Notes: generated by a model not told the origin, from the letters alone. Shown: positions 37,766 through 48,528, numbered from the stretch's first letter. The stretch is DNA of 64,000 bases from an uncultured Caryophanaceae bacterium (GCA_963843665.1 CAWJLH010000011.1:33677-97676); one strand, 5' to 3'. Numbers and translations: made by a program.

Positions 37766-39841
37766 TTGGGAAGAATGGAACGTAGGCGACAACAGAAACG
37801 GTTTAATGGATTTAGGGAATGGTATAAATCTAAAAGGCTGATCAAGATACTTTGCATCAGTAGTATAGGTGTATTTGTGTGTGGCCTGTTGGTTTTGAAT
37901 TTGTTGATTAACTTCAGTGATGTCAGTAAACTGGAAGAGGTGGAACCAAGGCCGACATTTATTTATGATCAAAACGGGGAAATTGCCAGTAAGATTTCGT
38001 ATTCCAAAATTGAAGGAGTCCCTTTAGAACAAATTCCCAAAGAGTTGATAGAAGCGATCATATCTACAGAGGACCAACATTATTACAAACATAACGGCGT
38101 CAATTATTTCGGCATTGCACGGGCATTCACGCAAAACCTGTTAAAAGGAGAAGTCGTCGCCGGTGGGAGTACAATCACCCAACAGCTTTCGAAAAATATC
38201 TTCCTGACCGAAGAACGTACTTATACACGTAAATTCAAAGAACTTATTCTAACTAAAAAAATTGAGAAAGAGTATTCAAAAGATGAAATAATGGAACGCT
38301 ACTTAAATCAAATCTATTTTGGCGAAGGGGCATGGGGCGTGCAACGGGCTTCCCAAGCCTATTTTGGTAAAGATGTAACGCAATTAACCTTAAACGAATC
38401 TGCGACGCTAGCGGGAGTTATTAAAGCGCCAACCCACTTATCGCCTTACAAAAACATGGGGAAATCAATAAAGAGAAGAAATATCGTATTGTCGCTGATG
38501 AAAAGTGAAGGCTATATCAGTCAAACTGAGTATGAGCGGGCAATTGAAGAAGAAATCGTGTTGGCAGATGAAACAACACCCGATTATAGAGGGAAATACC
38601 CGTATTATATTGACCAAATCGTCGAAGAGGCAGTAACAAAGTATGGTTTGACCAAAAACGAAGTGCTAGCTGGAGGACTACATATTCACACAGAATTGAA
38701 TCCTGTCATTCAAGATGCGATTGAAGAAGTTTATGAAGATGAAAACAACTTTCCGGACAGTAAGCCGGACCAACTTATCCAAAGTGGTGGGATCTTCCTG
38801 AATCCGAAAACGGGTGGTATCCAAGCACTTGTCGGTGGAAGGGGGGACTATACATATGAACGTTTTAACAATGCAACAGAGTTAGTCAGACAACCAGGGT
38901 CGGCGTTGAAACCGATAGCGGCCTATACACCTGCATTAGAGCATGGTTATGAGATTTCCGATATTCTTGTTGATGCACCTATCAATATTAATGGGTATTC
39001 GCCACAAAACTTTGACAAACAATTTCGGGGGCAAGTCACCATGTATGATGCAGTCGTCAATTCTTATAATATTCCTCCCGTCAAGTTATTGCATGAAATC
39101 GGAATTGAGAATGGGATGCGTACAGTAGAGCGGTTTGGGATACCCTTGGAAGAAAAAGATCGAAATCTTGGTTTAGCATTAGGGGGCTTGCACAAAGGTA
39201 CGTCGCCTCTTTTAATGGCCCAGGCATTTTCCGTTTTTCCGAATGATGGGGTGATGATGGAAGCGCATGCCATTACGGAGATAAAAGATTCTGAAGGCGA
39301 AATCATCGAGAAATGGAATGAAAAGTCAGTTAAAGTGACAGAAGCAGAGGTTGCCCAGAAAATGACCTATATGCTGCAAGGTGCTGTGGAAACCGGGACA
39401 GCCAAAGGAGCACAAATTACCGGTTTAGAAATAGCCGGTAAAACCGGTACAACGCAACTTCCTTTCCCAGTGGCGGACGGATCGAAGGATCATTGGTTCG
39501 TCGGTTTTACACCAGATATCGTTGGGGCGATTTGGTTAGGGTATGATAAAACGGATCCCGAACACTATTTAACAACTACTAGCAGTTACACGGCTCCCTC
39601 CATCTTTCAAAAAGTCCTATCTAAATCCAAGAGTGAATTACCCAACAAGGCATTCAATCTGCCATTAGTAGAGAAATACAAAAAAGAGTTAGAAAAAAAG
39701 AAGGAGCAGAAAAAAGAGAAAGAAAGAGAGAAAGCCAACAAAAAAGAAAAACGAAAAGAAAAGGGAAAAAAGGAGCGAGAGAAGGAAAAGAAGAAGAAAG
39801 AAAAAGAGAAGAGAAAAAGAGGAGAGGAAAAAAGAGCGTAA
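37766..39841 (+). CDS. Class A penicillin-binding protein (transglycosylase-transpeptidase)
   Basis: STED..YY.H.G, GGSTITQQL.KN, RQPGSALKP (SxxK), SYN and KTGT. Lys/Glu-rich tail; start placed at TTG after AAGGTGG. Confidence 0.93.
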   Translation: MGRMERRRQQKRFNGFREWYKSKRLIKILCISSIGVFVCGLLVLNLLINFSDVSKLEEVEPRPTFIYDQNGEIASKISYSKIEGVPLEQIPKELIEAIISTEDQHYYKHNGVNYFGIARAFTQNLLKGEVVAGGSTITQQLSKNIFLTEERTYTRKFKELILTKKIEKEYSKDEIMERYLNQIYFGEGAWGVQRASQAYFGKDVTQLTLNESATLAGVIKAPTHLSPYKNMGKSIKRRNIVLSLMKSEGYISQTEYERAIEEEIVLADETTPDYRGKYPYYIDQIVEEAVTKYGLTKNEVLAGGLHIHTELNPVIQDAIEEVYEDENNFPDSKPDQLIQSGGIFLNPKTGGIQALVGGRGDYTYERFNNATELVRQPGSALKPIAAYTPALEHGYEISDILVDAPININGYSPQNFDKQFRGQVTMYDAVVNSYNIPPVKLLHEIGIENGMRTVERFGIPLEEKDRNLGLALGGLHKGTSPLLMAQAFSVFPNDGVMMEAHAITEIKDSEGEIIEKWNEKSVKVTEAEVAQKMTYMLQGAVETGTAKGAQITGLEIAGKTGTTQLPFPVADGSKDHWFVGFTPDIVGAIWLGYDKTDPEHYLTTTSSYTAPSIFQKVLSKSKSELPNKAFNLPLVEKYKKELEKKKEQKKEKEREKANKKEKRKEKGKKEREKEKKKKEKEKRKRGEEKRA

Positions 39842-39848
39842 GCAGAAA

Positions 39849-39878
39849 GAGAAAGAGAAAGAGAAAGAGAAAGAGAAA
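39849..39878 (+). repeat. (GAGAAA)5 tandem repeat just past the PBP stop
   Basis: Five perfect hexamer copies. Confidence 0.9.
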
Positions 39879-40001
39879 AGGGAGTAGAAATAAGGAGGGA
39901 AAAACGGAGGATTCAACTGCACGAAACGCAACTGATTTTTGAGACGTTTTCACCATCCATCTGCACCTCCCATATGTATAGAGAAGAAAGGGGTGGGTAA
40001 G

Positions 40002-40304
40002 ATGGTTTCAATGGAACCAATAATGTTAGAAGGTTTTACATTTACGGCGGTGACCGTCCGATTGCCTAAGACCACTTTGTTAACCGTTTCGAATGACAAA
40101 GGCTATATTATGTGCGGGGCGTTAGATGTCGGGCTGCTGAATACACAGTTGCACGATCGGAAAATAATTGCGGGGCGTGCGGTCGGTGTGAAGACCATAG
40201 AGCAATTGTTAAAAGCCCCGCTTGAATCAGTTACACTCGAAGCGGAACGACTTGGGATACGGGCTGGCATGAGCGGGGAACAGGCTTTATTGAAAATGCT
40301 CTAA
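40002..40304 (+). CDS. yunC: YunC/DUF1805 family protein
   Basis: LPKTTLL, GYIMCGALDV, AGRAVGV.TI..LL.APL and GM.G..AL.KM. Confidence 0.88.
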   Translation: MVSMEPIMLEGFTFTAVTVRLPKTTLLTVSNDKGYIMCGALDVGLLNTQLHDRKIIAGRAVGVKTIEQLLKAPLESVTLEAERLGIRAGMSGEQALLKML

Positions 40305-40309
40305 TAACG

Positions 40310-40417
40310 AAAAGCGCAGGGCACCAAGCATAAGTCAATCCAGCAACGTAGCGGTTTTGGCCACATAGCTCGCTAGATTGCTAATAGCCCGAAAGTCTGG
40401 CGCCCGGAGCCTGGACA
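40310..40417. repeat. Degenerate Bacillaceae-type interspersed intergenic repeat
   Basis: Begins AAAAGCGCAGG, contains AAGCATAAG and ends GCGCCCGGAGCCTGGACA, resembling such repeats as I recall them; not verified. Confidence 0.45.
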
Positions 40418-40622
40418 GAATGTATCGTGAGTGACGCCTTCCATCTGCTTAGGAGATGGGGGGCTTTTCATTTTTGTCGAGACAATGGTGTACAGACCAC
40501 TTTCTTGCATTCGTTACTGTACCATTTTGATGTGAAATTCGGTACAATAGGTCTCTAATGATTTACAGGCTACAAGAGCATTTTTTTGATTTAGCGTCAT
40601 TCACATCAACAGGGAGGTTCAT

Positions 40623-41480
40623 ATGTTTTTTATCGAAGCTAAACGGATTACCGTCGTGATTTTCGGCTCATTCTTATTGGCTATTTCACTCAACTTTTTC
40701 CTTATCAACGCCAACGTCTATGCAAGTGGATTTGCAGGTGCTGCACAGTTAGCTTCAAGTGTCATTGAAGACTATTTAGGGATCTCGATCAGTACAGGAA
40801 TTCTACTACTCATCTTCAATATTCCGGTTTTTATATTAGGATGGTTCAAAGTAGGACGAGGATTCACCATCTACAGCATTGTATCAGTTATCTTTGCAAC
40901 GCTATTTATGGAAATCTTACCAGTTTTAACTGTCTCGGATGATATCATTTTAAATGCAGTGTTTGGTGGAGTCATTGCAGGGGTAGGTGTCGGCTTATCC
41001 TTAAAATTGGGTGCTTCAACAGGCGGTATGGATATTGTGGCAATGGTTTTATCACGTTTACAAGATAAACCAATCGGTACATATTTTTTAATCCTGAACG
41101 GCGTCATTATCGTTCTAGCAGGTATCGTCTATGAACCCGAAAATGCGTTATATACGATGCTGACTTTATATGTAACAACAGCAGTCATCGACATGATTCA
41201 TACACGCCATGAAAAAGTGACGGCAATGATCGTGACACGCAAAGCGGATGAATTGCAGCAGGCCATTCATCAAAAAATGGTGCGCGGCATAACCATTCTT
41301 CCTGCTAAAGGCGCCTATTCTAAAGAAGATAAAAGTATGATGTACCTAGTAATCACCCGTTATGAATTGTATGATTTGGAAACAATTATAAAGGAAATCG
41401 ACCCTCATGCCTTTACGAATGTCGTTCAAACAGTAGGTATATTCGGGTTCTTCAGACGTGAAGGAGAAGTCATCAAGTAA
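40623..41480 (+). CDS. YitT family membrane protein
   Basis: SGFAG.AQL, STGGMDI and C-terminal RGIT...KGAYS...IDP.AF. Confidence 0.9.
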   Translation: MFFIEAKRITVVIFGSFLLAISLNFFLINANVYASGFAGAAQLASSVIEDYLGISISTGILLLIFNIPVFILGWFKVGRGFTIYSIVSVIFATLFMEILPVLTVSDDIILNAVFGGVIAGVGVGLSLKLGASTGGMDIVAMVLSRLQDKPIGTYFLILNGVIIVLAGIVYEPENALYTMLTLYVTTAVIDMIHTRHEKVTAMIVTRKADELQQAIHQKMVRGITILPAKGAYSKEDKSMMYLVITRYELYDLETIIKEIDPHAFTNVVQTVGIFGFFRREGEVIK

Positions 41481-41618
41481 AGTAGCATTAGCTAGAAAGC
41501 AACCATTCATCTGGTTGCTTTTTCTCATTCTTTGAGAAGTATGCTACAATTGATAGAAAATTGTAATTTATTTTACGGGAGCATTTGGATGTTTATCATA
41601 TTTAAGGGGGCAAATTTA

Positions 41619-42557
41619 ATGAGAAAAAATGAACCGATCCAATTGAATGATCGAATCCATTTAATAGATGGCTATGATATGGGAGTAGCTGAACGGACGG
41701 GCACATATGTCATCAACGAGGAAGAGTTGACGATTGTGGAAACGGGTCCAAGTCCATCAGTGAATTACGTGAAAGATGGATTAAAATCGCTTGGATTTTC
41801 GTTAGATCAAGTGAAATATATCATAGTAACACACATACACTTGGATCATGCCGGCGGGGTAGGGCTACTTCTTCAAGATTGCCCGAATGCCCAAGTTGTC
41901 GTCCATCCAAGAGGTGCACGGCATTTAGCGGAACCCGAAAGATTAATTGCCGGAGCAAAAGTAGTCTACGGAGACAGGTTTTCGGAGCTATTTGACCCGA
42001 TTCTACCTGTATCTGAAAACCGATTGCTCATAAAAGGGGAGGGAGGTACTTTGAAAATAGGACCGACCTGCACATTGGAATTTTTGGATACGCCCGGCCA
42101 CTCCAAACACCATTTCAGTATTTACGATCCGGTCAGTAACGGCCTATTTACCGGAGACACGGTCGGTGTTCGATATTCGCAATTGATCCGTGACGGTGTC
42201 CAGCTATTCTTGCCATCCACTTCACCGAACCAATTCGATCCCGAAGCGATGCGGGGGGCGATTGACCGTATGTTGGAGATGAATCTGGATGCTATATACT
42301 ATGGACATTTTGGAATGACCAACGAACCGGATAGGGCACTCCGTCAAGTAGCGGAATGGCTGTCCGTTTTCATGGACGAAGCCCAAGCTGTCGTGGCAGA
42401 AAAAGGCGGGCATGTCTTGCTTGCGGAACGGTTGACCACTCGTGTGAAGGAATACTTAAAAAAGCAAGGCGTGATTGATGATCATAGCGAATTGAGAATC
42501 ATTGATCTGGATATGGAAGTAAGCGCGATGGGAATCATGGATTTTCTATCCAAATAA
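41619..42557 (+). CDS. MBL-fold metallo-hydrolase
   Basis: THIHLDHAGG, TPGH..HH, TGD and GHFG. Confidence 0.92.
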   Translation: MRKNEPIQLNDRIHLIDGYDMGVAERTGTYVINEEELTIVETGPSPSVNYVKDGLKSLGFSLDQVKYIIVTHIHLDHAGGVGLLLQDCPNAQVVVHPRGARHLAEPERLIAGAKVVYGDRFSELFDPILPVSENRLLIKGEGGTLKIGPTCTLEFLDTPGHSKHHFSIYDPVSNGLFTGDTVGVRYSQLIRDGVQLFLPSTSPNQFDPEAMRGAIDRMLEMNLDAIYYGHFGMTNEPDRALRQVAEWLSVFMDEAQAVVAEKGGHVLLAERLTTRVKEYLKKQGVIDDHSELRIIDLDMEVSAMGIMDFLSK

Positions 42558-42675
42558 ATCCGCAATGTGAATAAAACTACAATCCGGGTATGAAAAAAAT
42601 ACGAATGACATATACATGAATGTAAAAGGTCCTATTGCCCGTGGAATGGGCGATAAACCAGTCGGGGGAAATACG

Positions 42676-44532
42676 ATGAGAAAAACGGTATTCATGATTG
42701 TTATTGTTATGCTTTTATGTAGTTTCCCATTGAATCTAGAGGCGGCAAAAAATCAGGCAAACACGCCGTCAGGAATTCCTTATCCTGAACTGAAAGACCG
42801 TGTGGATGATTATGCTGCCAAATATATCGGTTCCAAAACGGCTGGAGCATCCGTAGTTATTATGAAGGACGGGGAATTGATCGTGAACTCGTCCTATGGT
42901 TATTTGGATCGGGAAAATCAAGTAGAAGTCACATCCGATACGGTTTTTGAGTGGGGTTCTGCAACCAAGCTACTTGTCTGGACGAGTGTAATGCAACTTG
43001 TTGAACAAGGGAAACTTGACTTGGAAGAAGATATACAAGCCTATTTGCCAGAAGGATTTTTGACAAAGTTGCATTATGATACACCAATCACAATGCTGAA
43101 TCTTATGCACCATGACGCGGGATGGGAGGACAAATATACAGATTTGTTCTACCTTTCAGCTGAAGAAGTGAAACCATTGAAGGATATGTTGCAGATTACT
43201 GAACCGAGTCAGGTCCATCAGCCGGGAGAATTCGTTGCCTATTCAAATTATGGGGTTGCACTGGCGGGCTATATTGTAGAAAGGATCACTGGTCAACCAT
43301 TTTATGAGTATGTTAATGATAACCTATTTGCCATTCTTGATATGAGCGACACGGCCATCCATCCATCCCAAGAAGATAATCAAGCTGTGGCAGGAAAGAG
43401 AGATTCCATACATGGCTATCTAGTGAATAAAAAAGGGGAATTCAGTCGTTCAAAAAACGACCGTGTCTATATCGGCTTGTATCCCGCCGGTAGTGCAATC
43501 GGGACAGCCGAGGATGCCGCGAAATTCATTGGAGCATTGATGCCGCAAGAAGGCGAAAAAAGCCCATTGTTCCAAAGCAATCATACCTTACATGAAATGC
43601 TCACGACGAGTGATACCTATGGCAATGGACTGCCCAGAAATTCCCACGGATTTTGGGAAGGGATGTATACTGTAGATGTATTGGAACACGGGGGGAATAC
43701 GGACAGTTTTTCAAGTAATTTCACTTTTTCCAAGGAAGAGAATCTAGGCGTCATTGTCATGACAAACCAGGCGGGCGAATCAGGGCTCAGCTACGGATTA
43801 CCAACATTGGTATATGGCAAATATCCTGCGGCAGAAGAGGAAAAGATGTTGCCATCTGCGCATGAACTTGAAGGAAGTTATGGGATGGCAAGGCAACCTT
43901 ACGAAGGGTTCACGAAAATGATGGGTTTCCTGATGATTGATAAGTTGAAAGTGGAAGATGACAGTAAATTTACTGCTCTTGGGATGTCGTTTGAACAGGT
44001 AGCCCCTTATGTATACCGGTCAACGAATGAATATAACCTTTTCCTTCATTTTACGATGAATGACGGTGAAGTAGCAAAGGTATCGATGATGACCAGCGAT
44101 TTAATGCCTACAACTTTCAACCAGAAACTGTTCATGATGATCAGTTTTTTATGCGCGGTAGCTTGCGTCTTATCTATCATTATTTCCCTGTTAATAACCC
44201 TTATTGGTAGAATAAGAAATCGAAAAAATGCAATCCAGTTTACCACTCTTAAAAAATGGACGTTTTTATTGGACTTGGCGGGCGGAATTGCAATCGTTAA
44301 TTTCGTTTTACTTGCCGTAAGGACAATTGAATATGTATCGTATGCCTCTCTCGCAATTCATTTCTGGATTTTTTATGTATATATCGCATTGGTGGCCGTT
44401 TCTGTATGCGTAATTAGTGGAAAGTGGAAGCTGGCAACAGGCACAAGAATACAAAAAATAGGTATTATACTTTCTTGTCTAACCGCTTTGGTCCTGTCTA
44501 CCTTGATCATTGCTTGGGATCTCTATAAATAA
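42676..44532 (+). CDS. Serine hydrolase (class C beta-lactamase-like) with C-terminal membrane anchor
   Basis: Signal peptide; SATK (SxxK), YSN and HGG motifs; three C-terminal TM helices. Confidence 0.88.
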   Translation: MRKTVFMIVIVMLLCSFPLNLEAAKNQANTPSGIPYPELKDRVDDYAAKYIGSKTAGASVVIMKDGELIVNSSYGYLDRENQVEVTSDTVFEWGSATKLLVWTSVMQLVEQGKLDLEEDIQAYLPEGFLTKLHYDTPITMLNLMHHDAGWEDKYTDLFYLSAEEVKPLKDMLQITEPSQVHQPGEFVAYSNYGVALAGYIVERITGQPFYEYVNDNLFAILDMSDTAIHPSQEDNQAVAGKRDSIHGYLVNKKGEFSRSKNDRVYIGLYPAGSAIGTAEDAAKFIGALMPQEGEKSPLFQSNHTLHEMLTTSDTYGNGLPRNSHGFWEGMYTVDVLEHGGNTDSFSSNFTFSKEENLGVIVMTNQAGESGLSYGLPTLVYGKYPAAEEEKMLPSAHELEGSYGMARQPYEGFTKMMGFLMIDKLKVEDDSKFTALGMSFEQVAPYVYRSTNEYNLFLHFTMNDGEVAKVSMMTSDLMPTTFNQKLFMMISFLCAVACVLSIIISLLITLIGRIRNRKNAIQFTTLKKWTFLLDLAGGIAIVNFVLLAVRTIEYVSYASLAIHFWIFYVYIALVAVSVCVISGKWKLATGTRIQKIGIILSCLTALVLSTLIIAWDLYK

Positions 44533-44772
44533 AATATATGTTGAAGTATTTAACTGGAATATTGACCAGCAAAGGTGCCTTAACAGCGGTAGCCTGGCTT
44601 ATCACGTGAGTATCCGCTAAGCGCCGGAGCGGATTTAAAGAAATACTTTATTTTAAATCCTATAATTTCTTGGAATATAGTATAAAAAGAAATTGGGTTC
44701 TGATACTTAATTTTTAAGTAAAGACATGGTAGACTTAACTATTGATCTTTAATAGTTAAAGGACGTGTTTGT

Positions 44773-45774
44773 ATGGTAGGTCGTAATGAACCATGTCCGT
44801 GTGGTAGCGGAAAAAAATATAAGAAATGTTGTGAATCGAAAGCGACATTTTCAATAGAGGCAGCGCAAGCGGAAGAGTTGGAAAGAATTTTACAAGTCTT
44901 TTACGAAGAGTATCCCGAACGGCGTGACGTACGTGCATACTTGGATGTTGTGGAGAAATGGAAAGAAAAACTGGATACTTATCTAATGGAGGAAATGATT
45001 GAGGCCATAGTTATGGACGAATTCTTTTTCCATCACAAGCCCGAGATTTGGACGAATTATCTTGAAAAGCAACGCAAGAAAATTGTCCGTCCATCTGTCG
45101 TAAATGTGTTGGAAGCATGGAACAATCCGCGTGCCTTCATCGGAGAGGTCGTCGCGATGGATGAAGCGTATCTTTCTGTAAAAAGTATTTTTGAAGATGA
45201 AACGATCTTCCTTAGACGTGAAAGCGAGAAGCCTGTCCCAGTTGGTGTCCATCTCTATTGTTTCATTTTACCGGATGGTACATCCAAGGAACACCACTAC
45301 TTGGCTATTTCTAGCTTGATTTTCTTCCCGACGGACCACCATAAAGTGTTCGGGGAGATTGCGAAACAGTTTGAATCGCAACAAGAACTATCAGTATCCG
45401 CGTTTTTAAAAGAAAATGGCATGGCATTTTGGAAGTTGCTTGGTGAGGATGGTTACGAAGGTGAGGAATTCACAAATTTTGAGTCAGGCGTTCTTCAGAA
45501 AGCGATGGAGTTTCTTGGTGATAAAGACCGGGATTCCGAGAAACTGTTGGAAATTGTCGAAGACTATTTAGTGGAGCAGCAACCGAATGCGCGGAAAGAG
45601 GTAGCGATTGCGGCCGGAGCGATCCGATTCGGTCAGGAAAACGCCCTATTTGAACCGCTTCACCTAACCGTTAAGGAAATTGCCGAGTGGTTTGAAGTGT
45701 CAACATCTTCTTTAAACAAATACTATCATGATTTGAATACGTATTATACTAGCAAAAAAAATGAAAAAGTATAA
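44773..45774 (+). CDS. SEC-C motif protein
   Basis: N-terminal GRNEPCPCGSGKKYKKCC; C-terminal HTH-like TVKEIAEWFEVSTSSL. Confidence 0.88.
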   Translation: MVGRNEPCPCGSGKKYKKCCESKATFSIEAAQAEELERILQVFYEEYPERRDVRAYLDVVEKWKEKLDTYLMEEMIEAIVMDEFFFHHKPEIWTNYLEKQRKKIVRPSVVNVLEAWNNPRAFIGEVVAMDEAYLSVKSIFEDETIFLRRESEKPVPVGVHLYCFILPDGTSKEHHYLAISSLIFFPTDHHKVFGEIAKQFESQQELSVSAFLKENGMAFWKLLGEDGYEGEEFTNFESGVLQKAMEFLGDKDRDSEKLLEIVEDYLVEQQPNARKEVAIAAGAIRFGQENALFEPLHLTVKEIAEWFEVSTSSLNKYYHDLNTYYTSKKNEKV

Positions 45775-45790
45775 GATGTTCCTTATAACT

Positions 45791-45835
45791 AAAACATCCC
45801 ACTCAATGGGTAAACCCGATTGAGTGGGATGTTTT
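45791..45835 (+). terminator. Intrinsic terminator
   Basis: AAAACATCCCACTCAAT...ATTGAGTGGGATGTTTT. Confidence 0.8.
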
Positions 45836-45840
45836 AAGAA

Positions 45841-46861
45841 CGTAAAATGGGATGGGTAAGCATCACCAATATCACATTCGGCATCGCAACCGCAATTTTC
45901 TATTTCCAGATGGGAAGTGTCATGGCACTGCAATTCGGAGCGGCCAATGCTATTATCTCGGCAGGTATACGCCATTATCGTAGCAGGTATCCTTGGAAGC
46001 ATTATCGTTTATTTGTCGGCAAAATCCGGCATGAACGTCAACTTATTATCCCGCGGAGGATTCGGTTACATCGGGGCCTCGTTAACCTCATTAATTTACG
46101 CATCGAATTTTATCATGTATTGTGCATTTGAAGGCATGATTCTGGTCGCTGCGATCCATGCTTATTTCCCCGCCATCCCTGTATGGCTCCTGATTGTCGT
46201 CTTTGGTTCATTGGTCATTCCATTAAACTGGTTCGGCATTAAACAATTGGACAAACTACAGAAATGGTCACTGCCGATTTTTTTCATCTTCTTGGTAGCG
46301 GCAATTATCGTCTCGTTCAACGTCTCGTCGCAGTACGCGGGTAATTTCTGGACCTATATGCCTGAAGGCGTCCAAATCGGCGGAACTGCATTGCTATTAT
46401 GCATAGGAATGCAGCACGGCATTATGGGACTGACGGCGTTAATCGCCTCGGATTACGCGCGTTTCCTGAAACCGAAAGACTTGAAAATCGGTTCAATCGC
46501 CATCGGTTTTATTCCGCAGATTTTCTGTTTTGGCGTGATGGGTGGCCTCGGTATTTGGTTCGGTGTTACACTTGGCGAAGCAAATCCTGGTGTTTACATT
46601 GTTGTCTTGTTAGGGCTCGGTGGTGTGCTATTTACAGTGCTGACACAAATCCGCATCAACATCACAAATATTTACAGCAGCTCGCTGTCCCTGTCGAACT
46701 TTTTTGAAAACATGTTCGGCTTTAAGCCAGGCCGTCGCTTTTGGGTGGTGGTGGGAGGAGTCGCTGCAATGATTCTGATGCTCGGCGGCATCGTCGACCA
46801 TCTCGGTATCGCAATGACTTTCCAAGGCGTTGCATTGATGAGTAACTATTTATATCAATAA
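45841..46861 (+). pseudogene. Purine-cytosine permease family transporter, frameshifted and truncated
   Basis: Frame change near 45964 joins ORF 45847 to ORF 45917 (AIISA-VYAIIVAG). No RBS or N-terminus after the terminator; ends abruptly at QGVALMSNYLYQ. Confidence 0.75.
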
Positions 46862-46998
46862 AGTATACGAAATCAGCCATCACATGTAGATGGTTGATTA
46901 TCCATGTAGCCAAGCAATTATGTAAATGATTTTTATAAAACAAATAGTTGTATATACTTAAACCATGATGTGCAAAAAACAACAAGGGGGAAATTTAC

Positions 46999-47580
46999 AT
47001 GACAACAGAAAATCAAATCGGCAATGAAAAGGAGTTGCCATTAGAGCAACGTGAAGAATTACTCGGAATATTGAAAGCCCGTTTTGAGAAAAACATGAAC
47101 CGACATGAAGGTCTTGAATGGGCCGAAGTAGAAGCGAAGTTGGAAACGAATCCTGAAAAACTCTGGACGCTCAATGAAATGGAAGTAACGGGCGGCGAAC
47201 CGGATGTTGTTGGTCATGATGAAAAGAAAGGCGAATACATTTTTTGTGATTGTTCAGCAGAAAGCCCTAAAGGTCGTAGAAGTGTTTGCTATGACCGTGA
47301 AGCGCTGGAGTCAAGGAAAAAGCACAAACCGGAAAATAACGCGATTGATATGGCAACTACCATGGGTATTGAACTTTTAACAGAAGAACAATATAGAGCG
47401 TTGCAGAAACTTGGAAATTTCGATTTGAAAACGTCTAGTTGGGTGCAAACACCCTCTGCTATTAGAGAACTCGGCGGTGCTCTATTTTGCGATTATCGCT
47501 ACGCGCATGTCTTTGTGTATCACAATGGAGCAGACTCATACTATGCTGCAAGAGGATTCCGAGGCATGTTAAGGGTTTGA
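46999..47580 (+). CDS. DUF4256 family protein
   Basis: ME.TGGEPDVV, DCSAESPKGRRS.CYD and SYYAARGFRG.L.V. Confidence 0.88.
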   Translation: MTTENQIGNEKELPLEQREELLGILKARFEKNMNRHEGLEWAEVEAKLETNPEKLWTLNEMEVTGGEPDVVGHDEKKGEYIFCDCSAESPKGRRSVCYDREALESRKKHKPENNAIDMATTMGIELLTEEQYRALQKLGNFDLKTSSWVQTPSAIRELGGALFCDYRYAHVFVYHNGADSYYAARGFRGMLRV

Positions 47581-47738
47581 ATTTTGCATCGACAGCTAAG
47601 TTTTAATTTGGCAAATGATCACCTTGGAAAAGCTTTTATTTACCTAATTGATCCTTATTTTTATCGAAAAACAAGCAAAATTCGGGCTGGATCCAATACG
47701 GGTTCAGTCCTTTTTCTTTATCCAATACTGCAAATATA

Positions 47739-47789
47739 TTGACTGGACACTGTTTGGTGTCCTATAATGAAAAGACACTAAATGGTGTC
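47739..47789 (+). promoter_or_regulatory. sigmaA promoter with two GACAC-N6-GTGTC operator boxes
   Basis: TTGACT-N18-TATAAT; boxes at 47746-47761 (in the spacer) and 47774-47789. Confidence 0.7.
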
Positions 47790-47815
47790 CTATTCAACTA
47801 AAAGGGGGGAGGATT

Positions 47816-48136
47816 TTGAATAACACTTTACAAGAGCGGGATGTTTTTGTAGCGATTGCAGATCCAACAAGGCGTAAATTAATACGTTTATTGGCAGATG
47901 CAGAAGAGTTACCACTTCACGAACTAACTGCTCAATTTCAAATAGGGCGTACGGCAGTTTCTAAACATTTGACCATTCTTAAAACAGCTGATTTAGTAAC
48001 ACACCGAAAAATAGGTAGAGAAACAAGGTATCGACTAAATGCAGCACCTCTACAGGAAGTTAAAGATTGGTTATCGTTTTATGAAGAGTTTTGGGTTGAA
48101 AGAGCACTATTACTAAAAAATATATTGGAGGAATAA
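47816..48136 (+). CDS. ArsR/SmtB family transcriptional regulator
   Basis: FVAIADPTRR, AVSKHL.IL and GRETRYRL. Confidence 0.92.
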   Translation: MNNTLQERDVFVAIADPTRRKLIRLLADAEELPLHELTAQFQIGRTAVSKHLTILKTADLVTHRKIGRETRYRLNAAPLQEVKDWLSFYEEFWVERALLLKNILEE

Positions 48137-48138
48137 AA

Positions 48139-48528
48139 GTGGCGGATTTATCATTAGATTTTCAATTCAAGAGTCCTATCGATAAAGTATGGAACGCTTT
48201 AACAAATCCGGATATCCTTGCGCAATGGGTAATGGAAAATAATTTTCAACCGATCGTGGGATACAGATGCCAGTTTCGCAATGAGGCAATCGGTTTAATT
48301 GTAGATAGTGAAGTATTGGTAGTGGACGAGCCATATCGGTTATCGTACACATGGATAGGTGGCCCGATAGACACGGTAGTGACTTGGACATTGAAGCAAG
48401 AGGATGGAATAACCTACTTGCATCTTGAACAGACTGGATTCGAAAAAGAAGGTCAAGCATTCAATGGGGCGAAATACGGTTGGGCGTATAAGATTGAAGA
48501 ACTTAACAAGTTGTTAGGGGAAGATTAA
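48139..48528 (+). CDS. SRPBCC/AHSA1 domain protein
   Basis: PIDKVWNALT..D.LAQW and RLSYTW; coupled to the ArsR gene. Confidence 0.88.
   Translation: MADLSLDFQFKSPIDKVWNALTNPDILAQWVMENNFQPIVGYRCQFRNEAIGLIVDSEVLVVDEPYRLSYTWIGGPIDTVVTWTLKQEDGITYLHLEQTGFEKEGQAFNGAKYGWAYKIEELNKLLGED

Noticed and set aside
39654-39956. Phe/Leu/Ser-rich minus-strand ORFs that look like membrane proteins
   Set aside because: They are the antisense shadow of the purine-rich PBP Lys/Glu tail and the GAGAAA repeat; no RBS.
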